Shown piece after piece: positions 18,045-25,656 of a DNA stretch of 64,000 bases (position 1 is the stretch's first letter; the number at the start of each line of letters is the position of its first letter). The notes below the pieces were generated by a model, which was not told the origin of the DNA, made no database searches, and saw only the letters and a list, made by a program, of their open reading frames with translations. The position numbers and the translations under genes were made by a program. Where the stretch lies: assembly GCA_038208045.1 (NCBI GenBank), contig JBBQZD010000001.1, forward strand, positions 4,526 to 68,525. The letters run 5' to 3'. The DNA comes from Gemmatimonadales bacterium (GTDB taxonomy: Bacteria > Gemmatimonadota > Gemmatimonadetes > Gemmatimonadales > Gemmatimonadaceae).

Positions 18045-18899
18045 CTATGGCGTCCAGGAAACGGAAAGCCGGCTTTCCTGCTTCACGCGCTGGTTTCGGA
18101 TCTTGCTCTTGAATGACATCTCGAGGGTCGAGGTCCCGCTGGCCCGCAGCCAACGCGCCGCCGCGACATCAAGCGCGTAGCGAACCGTGCTCTCGCCCTG
18201 GGCCTCGATCGTCACGTGCTCCCCGAACTGTTCCCCGTCGCCGGTCATGCGGGATCGTGCGCGGCGCTCGATGGTCACGATGACGCGGTCGTTTTCGACA
18301 TCGGCGCGCGCCACGCGAAATTGCCGTGCGCTGGTGCCGTGCATCGGAATGCGATCACGGCAGGAGATCGTGTGAACGGTGTCCGTCCATTCAGTCCGCA
18401 GTCCGATCGTGTCCGGAAGGACCACCCATGCGTCGTACAGCCCCTGCATCACGCTGAGCGAGGGGTCGCTGCAGACATTCGACGCCGTCGGCAGCCGGAA
18501 GCCCGGCGTCGCGCCGCCGATGTCGGCACTGAACCGCGCGGGAAGCGCGAGCACGGCAATGGGCGTGGCGGCCCCCGCGCCGACCGCCACCTGGAAGGCG
18601 GTCAGGTGTCCGTCGAGGCGCCGAGGGTTGCCTGGCAGGCTCGCGTAGCTCGCGTCCAGCGTGGAGCGCAGGGTGTCCACACGCGCCGTGGTATCGCCCG
18701 TAATGGTCACCACGGCCTGTGTGCTGACCAGCACGTACTGTGAGGCGGTACTGGGCCGCAGGGCCCACGGGCCGGCCGTGGGGGGACCACTGGGCGCAGC
18801 GACGGGGCTGGCAGGGCGCGGCGCCGAGCGCACGGCCGGCGAGGTGACGCACGCGCCGGCCAGGAGCACCACGAAGAGCGATCGGGAGTGACGGAGCAT
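18045..18899 (-). CDS. hypothetical secreted protein or lipoprotein
   Basis: Start chosen at MLRHSRSLFVVLLAGACVTSP (signal/lipobox-like). No recognisable domain. The upstream part of the track ORF overlaps rnpB. Confidence 0.55.
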   Translation of the reverse strand: MLRHSRSLFVVLLAGACVTSPAVRSAPRPASPVAAPSGPPTAGPWALRPSTASQYVLVSTQAVVTITGDTTARVDTLRSTLDASYASLPGNPRRLDGHLTAFQVAVGAGAATPIAVLALPARFSADIGGATPGFRLPTASNVCSDPSLSVMQGLYDAWVVLPDTIGLRTEWTDTVHTISCRDRIPMHGTSARQFRVARADVENDRVIVTIERRARSRMTGDGEQFGEHVTIEAQGESTVRYALDVAAARWLRASGTSTLEMSFKSKIRNQRVKQESRLSVSWTP

Positions 18900-18965
18900 T
18901 GCCCTCAAGATGACGCCCGGCGCCCGGTGTCGAAAGCGGGGGCGGCGAGTTGTGCGCAACAAGAT

Positions 18966-18998
18966 CGCCCCGTTGCCGCACGAGGCGGCAACGGGGCG
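18966..18998 (-). terminator. perfect 14-bp GC-rich hairpin immediately 3' of rnpB
   Basis: CGCCCCGTTGCCGC-acgag-GCGGCAACGGGGCG, followed on the minus strand by ATCTTGTTG. Confidence 0.6.
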
Positions 18999-19002
18999 GG
19001 AC

Positions 19003-19367
19003 GACGGTGGGCCTGTAAGCCGGGTTCTGTCGGAACCGAAGTTCCGGACGGTCATTTCTCTCGGTGTACGGTCGCCCGCACACTCCAGCAACCAACCCGC
19101 GGCGTCTTGATCGCAGAGGACTGCTGCTCGCCGCCTATTTGGTCTTGCTCCCGCTGGGGTTTGCCGTGCCACACGTGTTGCCACGTGCGCGGTGGGCTCT
19201 TACCCCACCCTTTCACCCTTACCTCGGCTTTCGCCAAGGCGGTTTGCTTTCTGTTGCACTGTCCGTCACGCCTCACGGCGTGCCCAGGCGTTACCTGGCA
19301 GCGTGTCCATGGAGCCCGGACTTTCCTCGAAGCGGTTGCCCGCGTCGCGACCGTCCGGCCGCACCAA
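19003..19367 (-). ncRNA. rnpB: RNase P RNA, bacterial type A
   Basis: The minus strand contains CGAGGAAAGTCCGGGCTCCATGG (P4 5' strand), GCCAGGTAACGCCTGGG, AGTGCAACAGAAAGCAAACCGCC, GGTAAGGGTGAAAGGGTGGGGTAAGAGCCCACC and ACAGAACCCGGCTTACAGG (P4 3' strand). This is collinear with E. coli M1 RNA. The ends are estimated from P1 pairing (+/- 5 nt). Confidence 0.9.
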
Positions 19368-19430
19368 CGTCCACGGGAACAATAGCGTCGGACGGCCGCA
19401 GAAAGAAGCGCCGAACGGCGTCTGCCGCTG

Positions 19431-20408
19431 ATGACGTCGCGAGGTGGCGCCCATCACCCGGATGACAGCCGCGTGACGCCGCCGGCGAGCGTCTCCACGA
19501 ACCCCCCTCCGGAGGCACTCGTGACCGCTCGATTCGCGCCACCGCCCACCACCGCGGCCGTGCTCACCTGGCTCGAACCGACGGACCGTCCACGGGTGGA
19601 TGCCGCCGGCAGCGGGATCTATCGCGCCGTGCACCACGAAACCGTCGAGACCCTGCTGCGAGAGGTTCGTCGGTCACGGCCGGCGGCGGTCCTGATGTCC
19701 GTGGGGCGCACGCTCAGCGAGCAGGCACCGCGTGTGGCACGGCTGGTGCGCGAGTTTCCACGTGTTCCCATGGTGGCGCTCCTGTCGCGGGTCGATCAGG
19801 CCACGCCGCATGCCGTGCTCAACCTCGGAAACTGCGGCATCCGGAACCTGGTGGATGTTCGCGATGCCGCGGGCTGGCATCGCCTGCGCGAACTCGTCGC
19901 GCACGAGGCGGTCGGCGAGATCGACCGCCTGGCCCTCGGCATGCTGCGCGAGGAACTGGACGGCGCCAGTGATGATTGCTGGCGGTTCTTCGAGTCGCTC
20001 TTTCACGTCAGGACGCCGGCCGCGACGGTGCGCGAGTTGTCCAAGGCACTCGGGGTGCTTCCGAGCACGCTGATGAGCCGCTTCTTTCGCGCGCGGTTGC
20101 CGGCGCCGAAGCGCTACCTGGCGTGGGCGCGCCTGGTGCGGGCGGCCCGCGTGCTCGAGAATCCCGGCCTCAGCCTCGCCGACGCCGCGTACCAGCTCGA
20201 ATACTCGTCGGCGCAGAGCTTCGGGCGCCACATCAAGACGTTGCTGGGCCTCACGGCGGGCGAGTTCCGGCGGGCATACGACGGCCGGACGATGCTCCTG
20301 CGGTTTCGCGACGAACTGCTGCGTCCGCATCGCGAGGTGTTGATCGAACTGCGCCCCATTTCGGGGCGCCCGGCGGGCCATCGTCGCGGACAGCCGGTGT
20401 TCCACTAG
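19431..20408 (+). CDS. AraC-family transcriptional regulator with receiver-like N-terminal domain
   Basis: C-terminal HTH_AraC (LADAAYQLEYSSAQSFGRHIKTLLGLTAGEFR). The N-terminal half resembles a CheY-like fold with no obvious phospho-acceptor context. Start uncertain. Confidence 0.7.
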   Translation: MTSRGGAHHPDDSRVTPPASVSTNPPPEALVTARFAPPPTTAAVLTWLEPTDRPRVDAAGSGIYRAVHHETVETLLREVRRSRPAAVLMSVGRTLSEQAPRVARLVREFPRVPMVALLSRVDQATPHAVLNLGNCGIRNLVDVRDAAGWHRLRELVAHEAVGEIDRLALGMLREELDGASDDCWRFFESLFHVRTPAATVRELSKALGVLPSTLMSRFFRARLPAPKRYLAWARLVRAARVLENPGLSLADAAYQLEYSSAQSFGRHIKTLLGLTAGEFRRAYDGRTMLLRFRDELLRPHREVLIELRPISGRPAGHRRGQPVFH

Positions 20409-20420
20409 GCGCGCATGAGC

Positions 20421-20556
20421 AGGCAGCAGAGAAAGGCCGAGGGTCACGGAGCCGGCGACATACAGTCAAGCGAGGACATTATGAACCTCGAACCCGACAT
20501 TCCCAGCGTCGTCTCCGTGGCCCTCGGCCCTGCTCCGCGCCTTCGTGGTGAAGAAG
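20421..20556. repeat. NPR copy 6, degenerate (beta-type arms, replaced center) overlapping the 5' end of the GxxExxY gene
   Basis: The left arm gcagcagagaaaggccgagggtcacggagccggc matches ~24/34 to the copy 4 left arm. The right arm gtctccgtggccctcggccctgctccgcgccttcgtggtgaagaag aligns with the copy 1 right arm. Confidence 0.55.
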
Positions 20557-20969
20557 TTCACGCACCGAACGCGGCCAACACCGCCGTCGACCTCAAGCAC
20601 ACGCACGACCCGCTTACCGAACGCGTCATCGACGCCGCCATCGAGGTGCATCGGCAGCTTGGCCCGGGCCTGCTCGAGTCGGTGTACCAGCTCGCGCTCG
20701 AATACGAACTGCTCGCGCGGGGCATCTCGTTCGTCAGCGAGGTGCGGCTGCCGGTCCGCTACAAAGGGATGGAACTCGCCGGGCTGCTGCGGCTGGACCT
20801 CGTGGTCGAACGCGACCTCGTTGTGGAACTCAAGTCCGTGGACATCGTGCACGCCGTGAACCACGCGCAGGTGCTGACGTACCTCCGCCTTGGCGGCTTC
20901 CGCCGTGGGCTGCTGATCAACTTCAACGTCAGTCGGCTGGCCAACGGGGTGCGGCGGTTCGTGAGCTAG
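20481..20969 (+). CDS. GxxExxY protein (PD-(D/E)XK nuclease superfamily, TIGR04256-like)
   Basis: GLLESVYQLALEY (G-x-x-E-x-x-Y) and DLVVERDLVVELKS (D...ExK). ATG at 20481 with GAGGA 6 nt upstream. There is no alternative in-frame start downstream of the repeat arm. Confidence 0.8.
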   Translation: MNLEPDIPSVVSVALGPAPRLRGEEVHAPNAANTAVDLKHTHDPLTERVIDAAIEVHRQLGPGLLESVYQLALEYELLARGISFVSEVRLPVRYKGMELAGLLRLDLVVERDLVVELKSVDIVHAVNHAQVLTYLRLGGFRRGLLINFNVSRLANGVRRFVS

Positions 20970-20971
20970 GT

Positions 20972-21529
20972 TCAGGGCACCATTCGCGCGACGATCTCCC
21001 GGGCACCGGCCAGCGCTTCCACCGCAAGCCCCTCGGCCTCGAGCACTTCGCGCCCGCCCTCTTCGCGATCCACGACGGCGAGGACGCCGAGCACGTCGCC
21101 GCCGGCGGCGCGAATGGCGGCTACCGCTTTCAGCGCGGAGCCGCCGGTGGTGATGACGTCCTCAATCACCACGACCCGGTCGCCCGGCTGAAACGGACCC
21201 TCCACCAGCTTGCCTGTTCCGTGCGCTTTGACTTCCTTCCGCACCGTGAAGGCACGCACTGGGGTGTTGGCGAGCGCGCTGGCGTGCGCAATCGCATACG
21301 ATACGGGATCGGCGCCGAGCGTCAGCCCGCCAACCGAATCGGGCGACCATCCGCGCGCACGCATGCGCTCGAGGGCCAGCGGGCCGATCGTCGCGAGGCC
21401 GTCCGGGCTCATCGTCGTGAGGCGGGCATCGATGTACAGGTCGGACTGGCGTCCGGACGCCAGCGTGAAGCTGCCGCGCCGGGCGGAACGCGCGGCCAGC
21501 ATCTCGACCAACCGGGAATGGGGATCCAT
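20972..21529 (-). CDS. pyrE: orotate phosphoribosyltransferase
   Basis: 185 aa with PRPP-binding motif VVVIEDVITTGGSA. Confidence 0.95.
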   Translation of the reverse strand: MDPHSRLVEMLAARSARRGSFTLASGRQSDLYIDARLTTMSPDGLATIGPLALERMRARGWSPDSVGGLTLGADPVSYAIAHASALANTPVRAFTVRKEVKAHGTGKLVEGPFQPGDRVVVIEDVITTGGSALKAVAAIRAAGGDVLGVLAVVDREEGGREVLEAEGLAVEALAGAREIVARMVP

Positions 21530-21565
21530 GATGGCGGAGGTTATCGGCGCGTGAACGAGCGGTCA

Positions 21566-22657
21566 ATGCCGGAAGGCGGCACACGCCGATGGCAGTCGCG
21601 TCAGCGGCTCTCGTCGCTTGCGCTCGCGCTGGTGGTCGTCTTCGTCGTGGCGGGGCTGGTCGCTGGCGACCACCTCGCACGCCATGCCGCCGCGTTCGAT
21701 GCAGCCGCAAGCGTTGCGGCCTCGCTGCGTCGCGAGCGTGCCGTGCTCTGGGCCTGTGCCCTTGGCGCGCTGTCGGCGCTCATGCTCGCCCTGGTGCACG
21801 AACGGGCGCAGGCGCGGCGCATCGCCGAGCGCTCCGCCGACCTCGAACGGCTATCCATCGACCTGCTGCGCGCCAACCGCGCCAAGAGCGAGTTCCTGGC
21901 CAACGTGTCGCATGAACTGCGCACGCCGCTGGCGGCCGTCGTCGGGTTCATCGACCTGTTGCGCGATGGCGCGTACGGGGACCTGGCCCCGCGCCAGATC
22001 GCGCCGGTCGAGCGCATCGAGTCGTCGGCCAATCACCTCACGGAACTCGTCGACCAGATCCTCGACCTCTCGAAGCTTGCCGCAGGCCGGCTCGACGTCT
22101 CAGCGGAGAACCTGAGCCTGCGCGCCTTCGTCATCGACGTCGCGAGCGAGGTGGAGTCGCTGCTGAACGAAAAAGGGCTGTCCTTCAGCATCGCCGTGTC
22201 CGGGTCCCTGCCAAAGGTCGAGACAGACCCCACGCACTTGCGGCAGATCCTGATCAACCTGCTGGGAAACGCGATCAAGTTCACGGCACGCGGCACCATT
22301 GCGGTGCGTGCCACGCAGGTGCCCGACCACAGTGTCGCGCAGGTCGTCGCCAAGCTGCGCCGCCGGCCGATGCTTGCCGAGGGCGGGTCGTTCATCGCCC
22401 TGCAGGTGAGCGACACGGGACTGGGAATTCCAGAGAAGGATCAGGAGCGGATCTTCGAGGAGTTCGAGCAGGTCGATGCGGGGCCGCGGGGCGACTCAAT
22501 GCGGCGGGGGACCGGCCTGGGCCTCTCGATCTCGCGGCGTCTCGCGCGGCTGCTTGGCGGCGACATCACCGTGGAAAGCGAGTTGGGCGCCGGATCGACC
22601 TTCACGGTCTGGTTGCCGCTCGATGTCGTGGAACCGCGTCGTGCCACGAGGCTGTAG
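21566..22657 (+). CDS. sensor histidine kinase (two TM, HisKA + HATPase_c), no adjacent response regulator
   Basis: H-box FLANVSHELRTPL, N-box LINLLGNAIKFT, G-boxes DTGLGI and GTGLGLSI. A GTG at 21551 is an alternative start. Confidence 0.85.
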   Translation: MPEGGTRRWQSRQRLSSLALALVVVFVVAGLVAGDHLARHAAAFDAAASVAASLRRERAVLWACALGALSALMLALVHERAQARRIAERSADLERLSIDLLRANRAKSEFLANVSHELRTPLAAVVGFIDLLRDGAYGDLAPRQIAPVERIESSANHLTELVDQILDLSKLAAGRLDVSAENLSLRAFVIDVASEVESLLNEKGLSFSIAVSGSLPKVETDPTHLRQILINLLGNAIKFTARGTIAVRATQVPDHSVAQVVAKLRRRPMLAEGGSFIALQVSDTGLGIPEKDQERIFEEFEQVDAGPRGDSMRRGTGLGLSISRRLARLLGGDITVESELGAGSTFTVWLPLDVVEPRRATRL

Positions 22658-22697
22658 CGTCTGGTGGTTGAGGCGGGGCGGCAGCCTGGGCTTGTTC

Positions 22698-22735
22698 CAA
22701 CACGGAGACACGGCGTCCTCGGTGTCTCCGTGTTG
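22698..22735. repeat. NPR mini-copy 7: outermost stem only (CAACACGGAGACAC-loop-GTGTCTCCGTGTTG)
   Basis: Read directly. It lies between the convergent histidine kinase and Ser/Thr kinase genes. The GGGCTTGTTCC left flank resembles the full-length left flanks. Confidence 0.7.
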
Positions 22736-22762
22736 CAGCCGTTCCACCCCGCACGCAAAACA

Positions 22763-23677
22763 TCAGTCGCGCCGGAACAGCCCCTTCATCTTGCCGAAGA
22801 ACCCGTCGTCGGCGCTGCCGATCGCGTTCGGTGCCGCAAGCGCCTGGCCGAGCGCCTGTGAAAAGTCGAGCACGTCGGGATAGCGCGCCTTTGGCGTGCG
22901 CTCGAGGCCCTTCATCACCACCTGTTCGACGGCTGGCGAGTACTGCGGTCCCGGTCCGGACTTGTTGAGCGGCTGCGGCGGCTGCGACAGCAGCTGCGTG
23001 AACATCTCGCGGGGCGTCTTGGCCGCATACGGCAGCGTCCCCGCGAGCAGCAGGTACGCGATGGTGGCGAGACTGTACTGATCGGCCAGCGGCGTCACCA
23101 CTTCTCCGGAGAGCGCCTCGGGCGCCACGTACATCAGGGTCCCGACGAAGAATCCGGCGCGGGTAAGTCGCTCGTCCGGCGCCACGTCGGTGGATGTCGC
23201 GATCCCGAAATCGAGAAGCATGACGCCGCGGCTCACCGGGTCGTACATCAGGTTCTCGGGCTTCAGGTCGCGGTGCACGATACCCGCCGCGTGGGCGGCG
23301 TTGACGGCCTCGGCGATCTGCGTGATGATCGTGGCGACCTCGTCGGGCGGCAGCGGCGCATTGCGCTTCGCGTAGCCCTCGAGCAGTTCTCCCGGCGCCC
23401 ACTGGATGGCCAGGTAGTGCAACCCCTCGGGCGACTGGCCGGTCTCGAGCGTCTTCACCACCTTGGGGTGGATGACGCGCGTGCCGAACGTCGCCTCGCG
23501 GACGAACCGCGCAACCGCCGTCCGGTCCTGGCGCAGGCGTTCGCGCAGTACCTTTACCGCAACGGGTCCGTATGAAGCGTGCTCGGCCTTGTAGACGGTG
23601 GCGGTGCCACCTTCACCCACACGGTCGAGCAACAAATATCCGGCAACGGTCGTGCCGACGAGGGGGTCGCGAGCCAC
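22763..23677 (-). CDS. serine/threonine protein kinase (catalytic domain only, amphipathic C-terminal tail)
   Basis: GEGGTATVYKA (G-loop), VAVKVL, HRDLKPENL, DFGIA, APE. The tail is DDGFFGKMKGLFRRD. Confidence 0.9.
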   Translation of the reverse strand: MARDPLVGTTVAGYLLLDRVGEGGTATVYKAEHASYGPVAVKVLRERLRQDRTAVARFVREATFGTRVIHPKVVKTLETGQSPEGLHYLAIQWAPGELLEGYAKRNAPLPPDEVATIITQIAEAVNAAHAAGIVHRDLKPENLMYDPVSRGVMLLDFGIATSTDVAPDERLTRAGFFVGTLMYVAPEALSGEVVTPLADQYSLATIAYLLLAGTLPYAAKTPREMFTQLLSQPPQPLNKSGPGPQYSPAVEQVVMKGLERTPKARYPDVLDFSQALGQALAAPNAIGSADDGFFGKMKGLFRRD

Positions 23678-23757
23678 GCGGCAATCCTAACCGGCGTGAC
23701 CGGTGCTGGCAAGCAACCACGTGATCTTGTGCGCACCTTCGGGGTACCGAGAATTCG

Positions 23758-25185
23758 ATGACGATGCCCAATCCCACGATGATGACCGCCATGTCCCGCC
23801 CCTCGACCATCGTGCTCGCCGCCGCTGCTGCCATCGTGATGGCGTGTGGCGGACGCAGCCGGACTCCCGCCGACGGACCGGCACCACGCGGCGGTGCGAG
23901 CGCTGGCGCGAGCGCCGGTCGCGCGAGCGCCGCCGGACTCGAGTTCGATGCCTCGCGCCTCTATGCGCAGATGGGGCTGCTCGCGAGCGGTGCGCCGCTG
24001 CCGTTCGTCGGCGGGGTGTCCTACCTCGCCACGGCATCGCCCGACTCCACCAACCTCATCGTGGCGTTGTCGATGGCCAACTCCGCACTGGCCTTTTCGC
24101 GTGACAACGACCGGTTCCTGGCCGGGTACACCGTCAACCTCAGTCTGCGCCAGGGTGGAGTGACGATGCACGAACTCGAGGCGCACGAAACCGTGCGCGT
24201 GGCGGCGTACAAGGAAACCGGGCGCATCGACCAGAGCATCGTCTTTCAGCAGGGTCTGACCGCGGCGCCCGGCCAGTACGCCCTCGCCGTGTCGGTGCGC
24301 GACGACGGCAGCGGTCGCACGAGCCGGCAGGAACTGCTGCTCACCGTTCCCGCGTTGGGCGACGGCGCCCTCTCGACGCCGATCCCCTTTCTCCGCGTGG
24401 TGCCGCGCCGGTCGCGTGGTGTCCAGGCAGACCTCGTCAGTGATCCGCGGGCGACCGCGATTTTCGGGCGGGACACCGTCCTTTCCCTGTACCTCGAGGG
24501 CTATGGCGCCGGAGAGCGCCTGCCGGTCTCCGTCGAGGCGCGCAACGAAACGGGACAACTGCTCTGGCACGACACGGCCACGTTGCCACGGCACGGCGAC
24601 CTGTTCTCCGGCGTCGTTGCCGTGCCGGTGGCGAAGATCGGCATCGGCATTGCCGTCATCTCCATGTCGGCCTCCGGCATGAGCGACACGGCGCGCGCGC
24701 CGGTGTTCGTCGGGTTCGGGGAAGAACTGCCCGTCGCGAAATTCGAGGACATGCTCGTCTACCTGCGCTGGTTCGCCGCGCCGTTCCGGCTGAAGGTGCT
24801 TCGGGAGAGCGCGCCCGAGGCGCGGCCGGCCGCCTGGGCGCAGTTCGTCAAGGAGACCGACAGCACCCCGCTCACGGCCGTCAACGAGGACCTGCGCGAA
24901 TACTTCGCGCGCCTCCTGCTTGCCTCGGCGCGGTATCGCGAGGAAGGAACGCCGGGGTGGCTCACCGATCGCGGAAAGGTCTTCCTCGGACTCGGCGAAC
25001 CCGATCAGGTCTTCGATCAGGGTATGGCGGCCATGGGCGAGCGCGGGCGCGCCCAAGTATGGGAATACCGGCGCTTCAGCGTCCAACTCGTCTTCTATGA
25101 TCAGAGCGGATTCGGCCGTTGGCGCTTGACCAATGCGAGCGAAATTGAATTCCAGTCCCAGTGGCAGCGGCACGTGAACCGATGA
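23758..25185 (+). CDS. GWxTD domain-containing lipoprotein
   Basis: Lipobox ...IVMACGG. C-terminal PGWLTDRGKVFLGLGEPDQV...WEY matches the GWxTD motif. Confidence 0.8.
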   Translation: MTMPNPTMMTAMSRPSTIVLAAAAAIVMACGGRSRTPADGPAPRGGASAGASAGRASAAGLEFDASRLYAQMGLLASGAPLPFVGGVSYLATASPDSTNLIVALSMANSALAFSRDNDRFLAGYTVNLSLRQGGVTMHELEAHETVRVAAYKETGRIDQSIVFQQGLTAAPGQYALAVSVRDDGSGRTSRQELLLTVPALGDGALSTPIPFLRVVPRRSRGVQADLVSDPRATAIFGRDTVLSLYLEGYGAGERLPVSVEARNETGQLLWHDTATLPRHGDLFSGVVAVPVAKIGIGIAVISMSASGMSDTARAPVFVGFGEELPVAKFEDMLVYLRWFAAPFRLKVLRESAPEARPAAWAQFVKETDSTPLTAVNEDLREYFARLLLASARYREEGTPGWLTDRGKVFLGLGEPDQVFDQGMAAMGERGRAQVWEYRRFSVQLVFYDQSGFGRWRLTNASEIEFQSQWQRHVNR

Positions 25186-25246
25186 CGTGGTGCCAGCGGC
25201 GCCCTGCGCGAGACACGGAGTCAATGCGCGCGCCGCGGACCATGCC

Positions 25247-25275
25247 TTGACACCCCGTCCGGAAGACCGTAGAAC
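25247..25275 (+). promoter_or_regulatory. putative sigma-70 promoter of the cold-shock gene (TTGACA-17 nt-TAGAAC)
   Basis: Perfect -35, 17-nt spacer, 4/6 -10; ~65 nt 5' UTR. Confidence 0.35.
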
Positions 25276-25340
25276 AATTAGGCGGGCCGGCTGCCCTGCC
25301 GGCTGAGACGCGCACGGAACATTGGGCGCAGGAGGGTGCG

Positions 25341-25550
25341 ATGTTGAAGGGGAAGGTGAAGTGGTTCAATGACGCGAAAGGCTACGGGTTCATCGAACAG
25401 GATACGGGAGAGGACGTCTTCGTCCACTTCTCGGTCATCCAGATGGACGGGTTCAAGACCCTTGCCGAGGGCCAGACCGTCGAGTTCGAGGTGAAGGCCG
25501 GCGACAAGGGCCTTTCCGCCGCGAGCGTCATGCGATCTGACGGCGCGTAG
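25341..25550 (+). CDS. cold-shock protein (CspA family)
   Basis: [31 protein letters not shown] contains the RNP1/RNP2 motifs. GGAGGG SD. Confidence 0.95.
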   Translation: MLKGKVKWFNDAKGYGFIEQDTGEDVFVHFSVIQMDGFKTLAEGQTVEFEVKAGDKGLSAASVMRSDGA

Positions 25551-25572
25551 CCGCAGGACCCACGCCCTGCGC

Positions 25573-25617
25573 CACGGCCGCCTGGCCCCGAAGGGGCAGG
25601 CGGCCGTGATCGTTTCC
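25573..25617 (+). terminator. intrinsic terminator after the csp gene
   Basis: CACGGCCGCCTGGCCCC-gaa-GGGGCAGGCGGCCGTG followed by ATCGTTTCC. Confidence 0.65.
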
Positions 25618-25656
25618 CGGCTGGTAATCCGCTGTCCCGACCGGCAGTTTTGCGTC

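Noticed and set aside
23554-25224. 556-aa ORF on the minus strand
   Set aside because: It is antisense to the GWxTD lipoprotein gene and overlaps the kinase 5' end. It has no motifs and shadow-ORF composition.
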